Source: Promethearchaeota archaeon (lineage in GTDB: Archaea > Asgardarchaeota > Lokiarchaeia > Sigyniarchaeales > SOKP01). From it: 64,000 bases of DNA. Every line of letters begins with the position of its first letter. Positions within the stretch are counted from its first letter, which is position 1. The translations under genes and the position numbers were made by a program. The DNA is taken from contig JBHLOC010000016.1 of the NCBI GenBank assembly GCA_048940925.1, positions 16,989 through 80,988 on the forward strand, written 5' to 3'. Below are positions 31,301-40,903 of this stretch, one piece after another. The notes beneath the pieces were generated by a model. The model was not told the origin of the DNA. It searched no databases and was given only the letters and a program-made list of their open reading frames with translations.

Positions 31301-31650
31301 CAGCAGCAAACTTAATTAAAATATATTGGAATCAAATTAATGATATATTCGATCACCTAGTTCTATTATTAGATGACTCCTCTAAAGAAGTAAGATCAAG
31401 TATAATCAATAGTTTTGTAGAGATAATTCAAAAGTTAGGACTTAATCAAATATTGTCAAATTTATTAAAGAATCTTAGTGATGAAGGTTCCCTAGAAAGT
31501 CAACGTTCAATAGCAATAATTCTTGGTAGAACTGTGAAATATGAAGATGAAAAAATTAAGAAAAGAGTTATATCTTTATTAAAAATAAGATGTGAAATGA
31601 GTCAAGATCCAGTAATTTGTGGAATTCTTCAACAATTAAAAGAAAATTGA
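28303..31650 (+). CDS. Polytopic membrane protein with long C-terminal HEAT-repeat solenoid
   Basis: About 8-9 hydrophobic segments in the first ~360 aa, then many HEAT units (LTDSNENVRNSAVLAL, LKDEEWIVREAAISSLG, LKDDQNWVRRTTMNIL, EDSKVREAAANLI). Confidence 0.85.
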   Translation: MILLILEIILLIIFIAFFIFGFYIIFRQVSLVKKGEFNIKDRLQCVVYGIIFSMAVMVVITVAFIFTVKTPEFWETTPPEVHPLALLIPFTFCLVYISLYPLVDFLYIALSKESDEGLTPFHKFISEHIINRFKKKSLAIIFAIIFFALVFFLTPLLLVLIGLPFIIGWLTFVLIYPLMILTYYGSKGYIAGISNVYYHIPDIRRSIFLNFEDSKRGMKQFASNPGPYIVFGLMLFVFIWAWFSLIQTIAFFFTKSLAISTMSSIFVFVTLFFGIMGYFTRFWGRKIKYRGIDIYFAAYLMAAIGINVLVNFLIVNPNKLFYTFNLWNLTNQIVPNYYLLAWAAAIEEIVLVIFTSYYFLAKKNEFLRNIRYSSITKSGQTFDPIPLFNLIKNQDLKIRKHAEETLILMFERIPLKSDINLNEWKYKYLIFDGLCDSDPNSRRISYKILTQLEEDVPDIILPWIIESLKSPNYDKSIPILRSLLTIDINLLEKLPNDLILSLIEDTEWRTRILGLKVISRLLDKNKDLIEYLNIIKLINDPNSKVQVEILKIISNSSLILPIEIIFDKINHSNKEISSIAIKSLKNLEIKEFDPKLVPQIVPLMKDPSSLIRSSIFGVFAKIGNFKKYKIPILPFLEGLTDSNENVRNSAVLALEKYYTEQPSSLDLDLIINKIDPNNYDQLNSIIILLGKLWEFNPEKILMTLLNYIKIESEKLQEDISKILIEKYIKNPDLIIGNLIKVPDISKHITKGIISRTIINIGKRYPNKVIQKLLSYLQNENDNIRLNAIISLEGLVDEFNIIIEIKPIIALLQTDKNNQIKKEASKVISEIAKNDPSLIKPFISEFIQAFNKQELSVKIVLSKSLLDIAKVSPEIIPISNIINFISDSDSFIRETNTKILGLIGYKLPLPVIDVLINQALKDEEWIVREAAISSLGKIIEHVEKKEHIIKKLIPLLKDDQNWVRRTTMNILSNIKEVNEKQIPFEIILQNLSSEDSKVREAAANLIKIYWNQINDIFDHLVLLLDDSSKEVRSSIINSFVEIIQKLGLNQILSNLLKNLSDEGSLESQRSIAIILGRTVKYEDEKIKKRVISLLKIRCEMSQDPVICGILQQLKEN

Positions 31651-31823
31651 GACCAAATTTATTTTTAGTAAGTAGAAAAACTAAAAATCAATAAATCCTC
31701 CACCTGTCTTTTGGTTTATATAATTATTTATTTACACTTTAATAAAATTATGTGATTAATACTAAGGATTATAAAATTATCAAAATTAATTTAGGCAAAT
31801 TGAAAAAAGTGATATGATTATTA

Positions 31824-33947
31824 ATGACGACACCTATTTCAACCTCTACTCAACCAATTAATAAAATTCAACGCTTTGAAGATTTTTATCGTTTATTTCA
31901 AGAAAGACCAGGAGTATATAAATATCAGGATCAAATAAATGATATCGTCTCAAAAGGAGGAAATTCACTGATTATTCTTTATGAAGATATACTCGCTTTT
32001 GATCCTCAAATTGCTGAAATGCTGAAAAATGATCCTGAATCTTTATTAGAAGATGCGATAGATGCATTTAAAAATATTTTAAAATTTCAGGGTGCATCAA
32101 TAAATGATCAAAGATTTTTTGTTAGACTAACAACTAAAGATAAAAAATCTCCTCTGTTAGTTCATTTAAGAATGCTAAGAGCAAAGCATATTGATAAAAT
32201 GACTTGGTCTAAAGGAATTTTAGTTAGAAGTTCTGCGATTAGACCAAAACTAGTAAATGCTACATTCGAGTGCAATTTATGTGGCGCCCAATTTGAAGTA
32301 ATTCAATTAACATCGAAGATAAGATGGCCAAAATTTTGCACTAACAAACGATGTAAAGCAAAAACCCAATCAGACTTCCGACTGATATCAAAAAAATCTG
32401 AGTTTATTGACTGGCAAAGCGTTATGATCCAAGAAATCCCTGAAGATTTGCCTCCTGGGAGAATTCCTAGATCCATTCAAGCATTATTAACATATGATTT
32501 AGTAGATTCTGTCAAACCGGGAGATAGAGTTAATGTGATGGGAATTTATAAATCTGTTTTAGCTCAGTCAACTAAAAGTATCAATTCAACTTTATTCAAG
32601 ACTTATATAAATGTTAATTTTATTGATCCAGAAGATAAAAGCGATGATACTATTGAACTTTCTAAAGAAGATAAAGAAAAAATCGAAAAATTATCAAAAG
32701 AACCAATGATCCAAAAAAAGATAGCACGTTCAATTGCTCCAAGTATTTATGGTAGAGACAAATTAAAAATGGCGTGTGCCTTAAGTTTATTTGGAGGAAC
32801 AAGAAGAAAAAAACCAGGTGGAGGATATAAGCGGGGAGATATTCATTTCCTTATGGTAGGGGACCCTGGTACAGGAAAGTCTGTCATTTTAAAAGGTGCA
32901 ATAGAAGTTTCTCCTAGAGGATTATATACTTCAGGTAAAGGTTCCACTGGAGTAGGATTAACTGCTGCTGTAATAAAAGAAGCAGAAACAGGTCAAATGA
33001 GCCTTGAAGCGGGTGTTGTTGTGCTGGCTAATGGAGGTGTTGCTGCAATTGATGAATTTGATAAAATGGACACAGCAGATCGCTCAGCGCTGCACGAAGC
33101 AATGGAACAACAAACTGTAAGCATTGCTAAAGCCGGAATAGTAGCCACATTAAAAGCTCAAACAGCAATTATTGCTGCTGCGAATCCTTATTCTGGTAGA
33201 TATGACAGATATAAAACTCCTACACAAAATATCCGTTTGCCACCTTCTCTTTTATCTCGTTTTGATTTGATTTTCGTTGTTGTAGACAGACCTAATCCTT
33301 CTGAGGATGCACAAATGGCTGAATTTATTTTAAATAATTCCATGGTTGGACCAGAAGATACCTTTGAAGAAGAAGATCTTATCTCTCCAATTGATAAAGA
33401 TATTCTTAAAAAATATGTTAAACATGCAAGAAGAACATGTTTTCCTACTTTAACTGATGAGGCAAAAGAAAGAATAAAAGAATTTTACTTAGAATTACGT
33501 GGTCAATATGAAAGTGAAGATGCAATTATTTCCATTTTAGCTAGAAATCTGGATGCTCTTGTTAGATTGTGTGAATCTCATGCAAAAATGGCATTAAGAG
33601 ATAATGTAATAAAAGAGGATGTAGAAGAAATTATAAAATTATTTAAAAAATATCTTAAGGATACTGGTTATGATGAAACGACTGGAAAGATTGATATGGA
33701 TAGAATTTTTGTTGGACAATCTAGAAGTAACCTTAATAAACTTGAAACGTTAATGAATAGATTAAAAGAAATTTTTGAAGAAAATAATTGGAAATCAATA
33801 GAGAAAAATAATATAGTTCAAATCTTAGAATTAGAAGAAAACTTAGATAAAAAGTTTATTGAAAATGCACTTGAAGAATTGATTAAAGAGGGAACAATAT
33901 ATGAACCCAGGAATGGATTTATCAGATTTACAAATAAAACAGAATAA
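31824..33947 (+). CDS. mcm: Replicative helicase MCM
   Basis: Zn motif CNLC...C...C, QEIPEDLPPGRIPR, RGDIHFLMVGDPGTGKS, IDEFDKM, LHEAMEQQTVSIAKAG, LLSRFDL and a C-terminal winged helix. Confidence 0.98.
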   Translation: MTTPISTSTQPINKIQRFEDFYRLFQERPGVYKYQDQINDIVSKGGNSLIILYEDILAFDPQIAEMLKNDPESLLEDAIDAFKNILKFQGASINDQRFFVRLTTKDKKSPLLVHLRMLRAKHIDKMTWSKGILVRSSAIRPKLVNATFECNLCGAQFEVIQLTSKIRWPKFCTNKRCKAKTQSDFRLISKKSEFIDWQSVMIQEIPEDLPPGRIPRSIQALLTYDLVDSVKPGDRVNVMGIYKSVLAQSTKSINSTLFKTYINVNFIDPEDKSDDTIELSKEDKEKIEKLSKEPMIQKKIARSIAPSIYGRDKLKMACALSLFGGTRRKKPGGGYKRGDIHFLMVGDPGTGKSVILKGAIEVSPRGLYTSGKGSTGVGLTAAVIKEAETGQMSLEAGVVVLANGGVAAIDEFDKMDTADRSALHEAMEQQTVSIAKAGIVATLKAQTAIIAAANPYSGRYDRYKTPTQNIRLPPSLLSRFDLIFVVVDRPNPSEDAQMAEFILNNSMVGPEDTFEEEDLISPIDKDILKKYVKHARRTCFPTLTDEAKERIKEFYLELRGQYESEDAIISILARNLDALVRLCESHAKMALRDNVIKEDVEEIIKLFKKYLKDTGYDETTGKIDMDRIFVGQSRSNLNKLETLMNRLKEIFEENNWKSIEKNNIVQILELEENLDKKFIENALEELIKEGTIYEPRNGFIRFTNKTE

Positions 33948-34042
33948 TTTTTTGTATCTTTTATGATTGATTTGATTATATAGAAATTTACTTTTTTTAA
34001 AATTCATACTTTATTAATTAATTTAAGTACTCTAATAGAATC

Positions 34043-34573
34043 TCAATTATCATGAAAATATTTAATTGCTCCCTCCGAAATTGTTTTAAATGCTAATTCT
34101 ACATTATCCCCTGTTTTTGCTGAAGTATAAAAAGTTGAAATTGAATTTATTCGTCTGCCTAAAGAAGTGATTTCTTGTTCAGTTAATTCTTTTACCAAAT
34201 CATTTTTATTAGCAAGTAATGATATTGGAGCAGAAGGACAATAGTGTTTCATATCTGGAAACCAGAAGTCTTCAATCTGAATAAATGTATTTTTTCTTGT
34301 TAAATCTCCAACTAAGAGTATACCTTTAGCTCCAGCATAATACGCATTCCTCATTTTAGTCCAACGTTCTTGCCCAGCAATATCCCATATTTGAAGCGTT
34401 ACTTTAACATTGTTGTTTAAGATAATATTTTTAATATATATATTTGTACCAATACTTGAACGATAATCTCTTGAAAATTGACCCGAAACAAATTTCTTAA
34501 CTAAACTTGTCTTACCAACTGCGGGATCTCCAATTAAAATGATTTTTAGTGTAAATTTCTTGATGTTGCTCAT
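34043..34573 (-). CDS. Ras-superfamily small GTPase, Rab-like
   Basis: G1 GDPAVGKTS, G2 YRSSIG, G3 WDIAGQERW, YYAGA, G4 NKND and G5 TSAKT. No C-terminal prenylation Cys. Confidence 0.95.
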   Translation of the reverse strand: MSNIKKFTLKIILIGDPAVGKTSLVKKFVSGQFSRDYRSSIGTNIYIKNIILNNNVKVTLQIWDIAGQERWTKMRNAYYAGAKGILLVGDLTRKNTFIQIEDFWFPDMKHYCPSAPISLLANKNDLVKELTEQEITSLGRRINSISTFYTSAKTGDNVELAFKTISEGAIKYFHDN

Positions 34574-34691
34574 ATATAATATATTTTATGAAGAAAGTTT
34601 TTTAAGTTTATATGTAAATAATAAAATAATTAAATTCTAAAAATAAATCAACGAAGTTTGAATTTAAAAAATGGGAAAGTGATTATTTTTT

Positions 34692-35786
34692 ATGACTACA
34701 GGTATAGTATATGATGATATTTATCTTGAACACAGAATTGGAACCCATGTTGAAAGTCATTATAGACTCATTGAAATTATGGAATTCTTAAAAAGTAAAA
34801 AGATATTTGAAAATCCAAACTTTAAATTAATTAAACCCAGACCCGCTACCCTAGATCAAATTAGATATGTGCATGAAGAAAGATTAATTAATGAAGTTCG
34901 AGAAATCAGTGATTTAGCAGAAAAAACGGGTCGTATTCAAAGTCTTGATATGGACACTGATGTGTCTTCCAAAACATATGAAGCATCCTTGTACTCTGTC
35001 GGAGGTAACTTACAAGCCGTAGATGAGATTTTGAGTCAAAATATAAAAAACGCCTTCGCATTAGTAAGACCTCCTGGACACCATTCCAATTCTTATAAAT
35101 GTGCTGGTTTCTGTATATTCAATAATATCGCTATCACGGCAGAATATCTCTTTAGAGAAAAGAATGTAAACAAAGTCGCAATAATAGATTGGGATTGTCA
35201 TCATGGTAATGGAACACAAGATATTTTTTATCATGGTTCGAAATCTAAAAATGGGCAATTAATTATGTTTAACTCTCATCAGGATGGTAGAACACTATAC
35301 CCTGGAAGTGGTTATATTGGAGAAATAGGTTCAGGAAAAGGAGAAGGCAAAATAATTAACTACCCTATGCCCCCTAACTCAGCTGATGATGCAATCATTA
35401 TTTATTTTGATGAAATTATTTTACCGATCTTATCAGAATTTAAACCTGAATTTATTCTTATTTCTGCAGGTTTTGATACCCATTGGACAGATGATCTCAC
35501 AAATATGGGTTGGACAATTCAAGGACCAGCAAATTATTTAAAAAGGATCAAAAAAATCGCAGAAGAATATTCAAATGATCAAATATTAATCACTCTAGAG
35601 GGAGGATACCAAATTGATAAACAAGCAAGAGCAGTATATAATTGTTTAAGAGTACTTAATAATGAAGAAGAAAACTTAGTTCTTGAAAAACCTAGATTAT
35701 CAGAACAAGCACTATTAGATTATTTAAAAAAGAAACTAATTCCTGCATTAAAGGATAGATTAAGTCCTTATTGGAAATGCTTTTAA
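34692..35786 (+). CDS. Histone deacetylase family (Zn-dependent) protein
   Basis: RPPGHH, GFCIFNN, DWDCHHGNGTQ, YPGSG, SAGFDTH and LEGGY. Confidence 0.95.
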   Translation: MTTGIVYDDIYLEHRIGTHVESHYRLIEIMEFLKSKKIFENPNFKLIKPRPATLDQIRYVHEERLINEVREISDLAEKTGRIQSLDMDTDVSSKTYEASLYSVGGNLQAVDEILSQNIKNAFALVRPPGHHSNSYKCAGFCIFNNIAITAEYLFREKNVNKVAIIDWDCHHGNGTQDIFYHGSKSKNGQLIMFNSHQDGRTLYPGSGYIGEIGSGKGEGKIINYPMPPNSADDAIIIYFDEIILPILSEFKPEFILISAGFDTHWTDDLTNMGWTIQGPANYLKRIKKIAEEYSNDQILITLEGGYQIDKQARAVYNCLRVLNNEEENLVLEKPRLSEQALLDYLKKKLIPALKDRLSPYWKCF

Positions 35787-35901
35787 ATTCATTATTCAGA
35801 ACTATTTTATGTTATAATTTTGGTATAATTTTATAAACTTACATACCATATTTATGTTAGATAAATATTATATAAATTATTTTAAAAATGAGGAGATAAT
35901 T

Positions 35902-36789
35902 ATGACGAATGATGATAAAAAAAAGAAAAAGAAAGAAATCACACCCCCTCAAATACCACCACCCTCAGTCACTCCACTAACACCTCCTCCTTCAATGCCC
36001 CCTCCTTCAGAAACACCTCCGATGACACCCCCACCATCTCGACCTCCATCAATTGAAGCACCACCTCCCCCCATTACTGAAACTTTTTCTCCAACTTCAA
36101 TAGAACCTGCATCAACTAGTCCAATAGGTCCCTCACAACAAGATTATGATTCCGTATTAACCCAACTCCAAGAAAAAAGTACCAATATAAATCAATTACA
36201 AAATCAAGTTAGCAATTTAAATATACAATTATCTCAATTAAATGCTCAACTAAAAGAGAAAGATAACCAAGTGACTCGGTTAACAAACCAAATGCAATCT
36301 CTTCAAAGTTCCGCTGAAGCATATCAACAACAGGTAAACCAACTTACAAGTGAAAATGCTCAATTACAAGCACATATTCCCGGATTACAACAACAAGTAC
36401 AAGAATTGCAGCAACACAACTCGATGTTACAACAACAAATTGGACCACTACAAGCTCAAATCGCTAAATTGCAAGAAGAAATTGTTTATAAAGAGAAACG
36501 AATTGAAGAGTTAAAAGAACCAAAAGCAGTTATGCCCTCTAGTTTAGCTCAAGGGATCACATCCCAAACAACAACTAGCTTTGGAACTACTCCTTCTTAT
36601 ACAACCTCACCAACAACAACTCCTAGCCCATCCGTACAGACCGGAACTGGACGTAGAATCTGTCCAAATTGTGGAGCATCTGGTTTTGCTGTAAAAGAAG
36701 TTGAAGACAAAACTAAAATAATTAGTTACATTCCTAAACCTATTTACGCGAAAAAATCTGTATGTACTAAATGTGGATTTGAATTTTAA
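35902..36789 (+). CDS. Proline-rich / coiled-coil / C-terminal zinc-ribbon protein (ORF track start 35854; ATG 35902 follows GAGGAG)
   Basis: Poly-Lys, then multiple PPP tracts, a ~125-aa Gln-rich heptad coiled coil, a Thr/Ser/Pro linker and CPNC...CTKC. Confidence 0.8.
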   Translation: MTNDDKKKKKKEITPPQIPPPSVTPLTPPPSMPPPSETPPMTPPPSRPPSIEAPPPPITETFSPTSIEPASTSPIGPSQQDYDSVLTQLQEKSTNINQLQNQVSNLNIQLSQLNAQLKEKDNQVTRLTNQMQSLQSSAEAYQQQVNQLTSENAQLQAHIPGLQQQVQELQQHNSMLQQQIGPLQAQIAKLQEEIVYKEKRIEELKEPKAVMPSSLAQGITSQTTTSFGTTPSYTTSPTTTPSPSVQTGTGRRICPNCGASGFAVKEVEDKTKIISYIPKPIYAKKSVCTKCGFEF

Positions 36790-37035
36790 TAGATCAAATC
36801 TGTAATTTTTATACTTTTTAAGAGAATTTTTCCTTAACTTGAGTTTTAATTGTTAAGGTTAATCTAATTCACAAATCCATTTTTAAAATCAATCATTCAC
36901 CTAATATAATTACAATTTTCGTTTAAAATATAATAGTTAAAAAAATAATAACTTAATATGATATGTGGAAAATTATATATATAATAATTTAAATTAATAT
37001 TCTAAGCTTATTTCGATAAATAGATAAGTTCGTCA

Positions 37036-40000
37036 TTGTTTCAGATGTCAGAATTAAGAGAGGAGTTATTAGCAGGGGGGATTAATAAAAAGAGAATAAT
37101 CGCACTTTTGTTAGTTACCATCATATTAATCTCCTTATTTACCTTTTCTGTAGTAGTTGTTAGTTTGTTATTCGGAACTCAGAGAATAGAACCTAACAAG
37201 GAAAAAGCAATTACTCCACCTGAAGATGTGATACTAGTAGCACCTCCCCTTCCTCTTGATTTTTTAGAACAATTATTGAAATATTTTCAGAATGATCCAG
37301 AAGCATTACAACAACTTACTGAATTTTTAAATGAAATGTTTGATGGTGACATTGATAATTTTGATTTAAGCGATTATTCTCAAGCTCTTCTCCTAATGGG
37401 AGCCTTAGCTGGTGGTGCCGCAGCTGAGCAAGAAGTTTTCAGATTTTATAATGCTACTGATCCTTATTATACCGATATTAATAGTAATAAATTATCAGGC
37501 GTTTTATGGAAAATGGAATGTTTTAATGAATTTACTGGTGATGAGTGGCAGTCAACAGCAAATAAAGGATTTAATGATTTTTATCCTTATGATGATTATC
37601 GTTCTAAGTATTACTATTTAGATTTATTTAGAATGAAGATGGCAATGTCCCCTACTCCCGGAATAGCTAATTCTATGGTAATACCTACACTCTTTCCGAC
37701 TCCATTTATTATGGAAGATAGTCTTTCTGCCCCCAATTTAATCCCTGAGTCAACAGTGTTGTATAAAGATGATTTTAATTGTAGCATTGTCGACCTTGAA
37801 TTTACAAGTGATGAATCCGTTAATATGACTTATGAACAATTTGGATTAGATTTACCATCTAATAATGATATTAATAATAGTGCAATTCATTCATCTTATA
37901 CTCCCGATGTCATAAAAGATTTATATTTACAATTACCACCTTCTATTAATGAATATCTCAACTCACATCCTCTATTTAAATCTCATTATGATGCTTTAAA
38001 CACAATAATAGATGAAAATGATAATGCTTTTGTGGTAGCCAACAAAATTAGAAATTATCTTCAAGCCAACTTTGCGGTAGGATATGATGCATTAATGAAC
38101 GATCCTCAAGAAGATGAAGAGGATATTGTAGATTGGTTCTTAGAACACGGAGAGGGTTTATGGGCTGAATGGGCTTCTACTTTTTGTGCTTTTACAAGAG
38201 CTTTTAATGTACCAAGTCGTTTTGTGGATGGATTTAAAACTGACTTTTTAGGAGAAGTTGATGAAATTTATGATGCCAATGAAGGTAGAAATTCTGTATT
38301 AATAAAATATAAACACTTATACAATTGGGCCGAAGTTTTTGTACCTACAGACGTCTCTGGCAATGGTCAATGGGTCCAAATGGATGTTATTTTTGATAAT
38401 TTTGGAGGAGGTCCTATTGAGCCTCCAATAAGTCTTTTCAATATAGATGTAATCTCAAATTTTACGGCTGGTTATCGACCCCAAGTAGCTGAATTAACCG
38501 CTACATTAAGCTCTCCAACAGGAGGTTCTGTTGAGAATAAAAATATTAATTTCTATGATCATACCTCAGAAATTTCTCTTGGGAGTGCATTAACAGATCA
38601 ATATGGTAATGCGTCAATTATAGTTGATATTGATAATTCTCAAGTTGTTGGTCCTCACTTTATTAGTGCCTCTTATCAACTATCTACTAACTATACTTAT
38701 TATGTAGTATACGGAGATATTGATGTAACTCTTACGAGTGTAAATCCAACAATGATTAATCGTTCAATTAGTAATACAACCAGAATTCAGGGATTTGTTA
38801 ATGATCCTATAGCTAATCAAAGAGTGAAAAATGCTACTGTCGAATTCGTTTTATTAGAAAAAATCTCACAGAATATAATGCCTTGGCCCTTTGATATTAC
38901 ATACACTGATACAGATGATAATGGCGATTTTGATGAATATGTGAATGTAAACTCTTGGATTCCAAAGGGATTTTACGAAATTCGGGTTGATTTTAATGGC
39001 TCCTGGAGTGGTTGGCCCGTAGCTCTGGGTATTATGAATGACTCAAGTAATAAAATAGATTTTAATATAACTGAAGAATCTACTTTTAATGTATTATTTT
39101 ACATTAACAATTTTGAAGCAGATTATTATGAAAATCCTCGCGTTTCAAGGTATTCAACACTTAAACTAAAAGCTCGTATACTTAATGAAACTGGAGATCC
39201 TGTTCCTGGTGAAATTGTTGAATTTTACGATCATTCTCTTAATACATTTATTGGAAGTAATACTACGGATGTAAATGGTATTACGATTTTTGATTACTAT
39301 GTAGATAGTAATACTGCTGGCCCTAATTTATTATATGCGAAATTAGGAAAAGTAAAGAATTATTCCTATTTCATTCTAGACGCTCCAATTAGTATCAATC
39401 TTGATATATGGCCACAAAATCGGAATGTTAGTAAAACTGGGTCATTAGATAGAACCTTTTCTATCCATGGATTTCTACAAGATGCACAAAATTTACAACC
39501 AATTAAAAATAGTGGAATCTCTATTCATCTGTTCGAGGTTCCTACCAAAACTGAAATATTAAATGGGCTAATTTTAGAAAGTGGTTCTTATCAATCTGAT
39601 GTGAATGGAGAGATTGATGCAGTATTTAGTGTTGCTAGTTTTGTTGATACTGACAATTATACCTTAGAAGTATGGTTTAATGGAACTTTTTTTACCCCTC
39701 CTCCAAAACCATATGCTTTCTATTTATCTTATGTTAGTAACTTTTCAGTTGCGGCTTATGCTGATTATCAGTTAAAAATTTATGATCCAGAGGAAGTTAT
39801 AATTATTTTTAAGATTGAAGGAACTCATAGATCACTGTTTTATAATGATGGTAATCCTCCAGAAACGTATAAGAGAGGTGAAATTGCTGATTTTGAAGTT
39901 TGGATAAATCAAAGTGGATTACCTGCTCCTCTAGGTTCAACAGTGAGACTTAGAGATATATATACAAATGATATTTTAGATTTTCATGATTACGATGGCA

Positions 40001-40860
40001 CAGAGGGTGGAAATGCTCAATTTACTGTTGACACTACCACTCTTCATGCGGGATTACATTATATTGAGGTAGAATATGAATATAATTCCATTGTTTATCC
40101 TTATAATTCAACTTATATCATTATAAATGAGACAGTTAGTATTAGTGGTAGTTCGACTGATTATATTATTTTAAGAAATAATGATATTTTTACCATTTCA
40201 GGAACCTTATCTGATCTTTCAGAAAATCTTAGAGGATTACAAGTAGAAATAATACTCCTCGATAGTGCAGGAACAGATGTTTCAGTTCATCTCGATTTAT
40301 TTGATCCTAAAATTCAATTTATCAATGATGCTGGATATTACTCATATACCAGCAGGATTTTCCAAAATTGTATACAAGGAGCATATGATATTTTGATTAA
40401 TTTCACGGGGAGAATAGAACATTCTGATGGAATCCTTTTCATTTCTCTATTAACACCTTATATGGTAAGTTCAAATCATTCCATCCCTATAAACATTACC
40501 GCAGGTACTCAACTTACTGACCTTTTCTATTATACAGAATATCAGGATGATTATCCATATATATGGGTTGGTGGAGACACTATATATGTGAATGGAACTT
40601 TAAACTGGGATAACAATACGGGAGTATCTGGAATGATTATAAATGTCACTGTCGAATTGCTTGATGGTACAGTTATATCTTATAACGATACAGTGTATAC
40701 AGATCTAAATGGTTATTTTGATGTCTCAATATATATTGATCCTTCTAATCCACTCTGGCCAACAGAAAGAAGTTTAGCTTTAATAAGAATCACTTTTGAT
40801 CCAATTACTAATAATATAGACAATGTTGTAGGTAGTGAAGGTATATTATACCCACCTTAA
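37036..40860 (+). CDS. Membrane-anchored surface protein: transglutaminase-like domain (catalytic residues substituted) plus Ig-like beta-sandwich repeats
   Basis: N-terminal TM; TGase-like core DWFLEHGEGLWAEWASTF...RAFNVPSRFVDGF...YNWAEVF...WVQMD; repeated TDxxG motifs; many N-x-S/T sequons. Confidence 0.82.
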   Translation: MFQMSELREELLAGGINKKRIIALLLVTIILISLFTFSVVVVSLLFGTQRIEPNKEKAITPPEDVILVAPPLPLDFLEQLLKYFQNDPEALQQLTEFLNEMFDGDIDNFDLSDYSQALLLMGALAGGAAAEQEVFRFYNATDPYYTDINSNKLSGVLWKMECFNEFTGDEWQSTANKGFNDFYPYDDYRSKYYYLDLFRMKMAMSPTPGIANSMVIPTLFPTPFIMEDSLSAPNLIPESTVLYKDDFNCSIVDLEFTSDESVNMTYEQFGLDLPSNNDINNSAIHSSYTPDVIKDLYLQLPPSINEYLNSHPLFKSHYDALNTIIDENDNAFVVANKIRNYLQANFAVGYDALMNDPQEDEEDIVDWFLEHGEGLWAEWASTFCAFTRAFNVPSRFVDGFKTDFLGEVDEIYDANEGRNSVLIKYKHLYNWAEVFVPTDVSGNGQWVQMDVIFDNFGGGPIEPPISLFNIDVISNFTAGYRPQVAELTATLSSPTGGSVENKNINFYDHTSEISLGSALTDQYGNASIIVDIDNSQVVGPHFISASYQLSTNYTYYVVYGDIDVTLTSVNPTMINRSISNTTRIQGFVNDPIANQRVKNATVEFVLLEKISQNIMPWPFDITYTDTDDNGDFDEYVNVNSWIPKGFYEIRVDFNGSWSGWPVALGIMNDSSNKIDFNITEESTFNVLFYINNFEADYYENPRVSRYSTLKLKARILNETGDPVPGEIVEFYDHSLNTFIGSNTTDVNGITIFDYYVDSNTAGPNLLYAKLGKVKNYSYFILDAPISINLDIWPQNRNVSKTGSLDRTFSIHGFLQDAQNLQPIKNSGISIHLFEVPTKTEILNGLILESGSYQSDVNGEIDAVFSVASFVDTDNYTLEVWFNGTFFTPPPKPYAFYLSYVSNFSVAAYADYQLKIYDPEEVIIIFKIEGTHRSLFYNDGNPPETYKRGEIADFEVWINQSGLPAPLGSTVRLRDIYTNDILDFHDYDGTEGGNAQFTVDTTTLHAGLHYIEVEYEYNSIVYPYNSTYIIINETVSISGSSTDYIILRNNDIFTISGTLSDLSENLRGLQVEIILLDSAGTDVSVHLDLFDPKIQFINDAGYYSYTSRIFQNCIQGAYDILINFTGRIEHSDGILFISLLTPYMVSSNHSIPINITAGTQLTDLFYYTEYQDDYPYIWVGGDTIYVNGTLNWDNNTGVSGMIINVTVELLDGTVISYNDTVYTDLNGYFDVSIYIDPSNPLWPTERSLALIRITFDPITNNIDNVVGSEGILYPP

Positions 40861-40903
40861 ATTATACAAAAAATAACATTGAATACTAGAAAAAAAATTA
40901 ATC

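Noticed and set aside
31651-31823. Possible replication origin near mcm/GINS
   Set aside because: Short AT-rich intergenic region without recognisable repeated ORB elements, and no cdc6/orc1 gene in the window.
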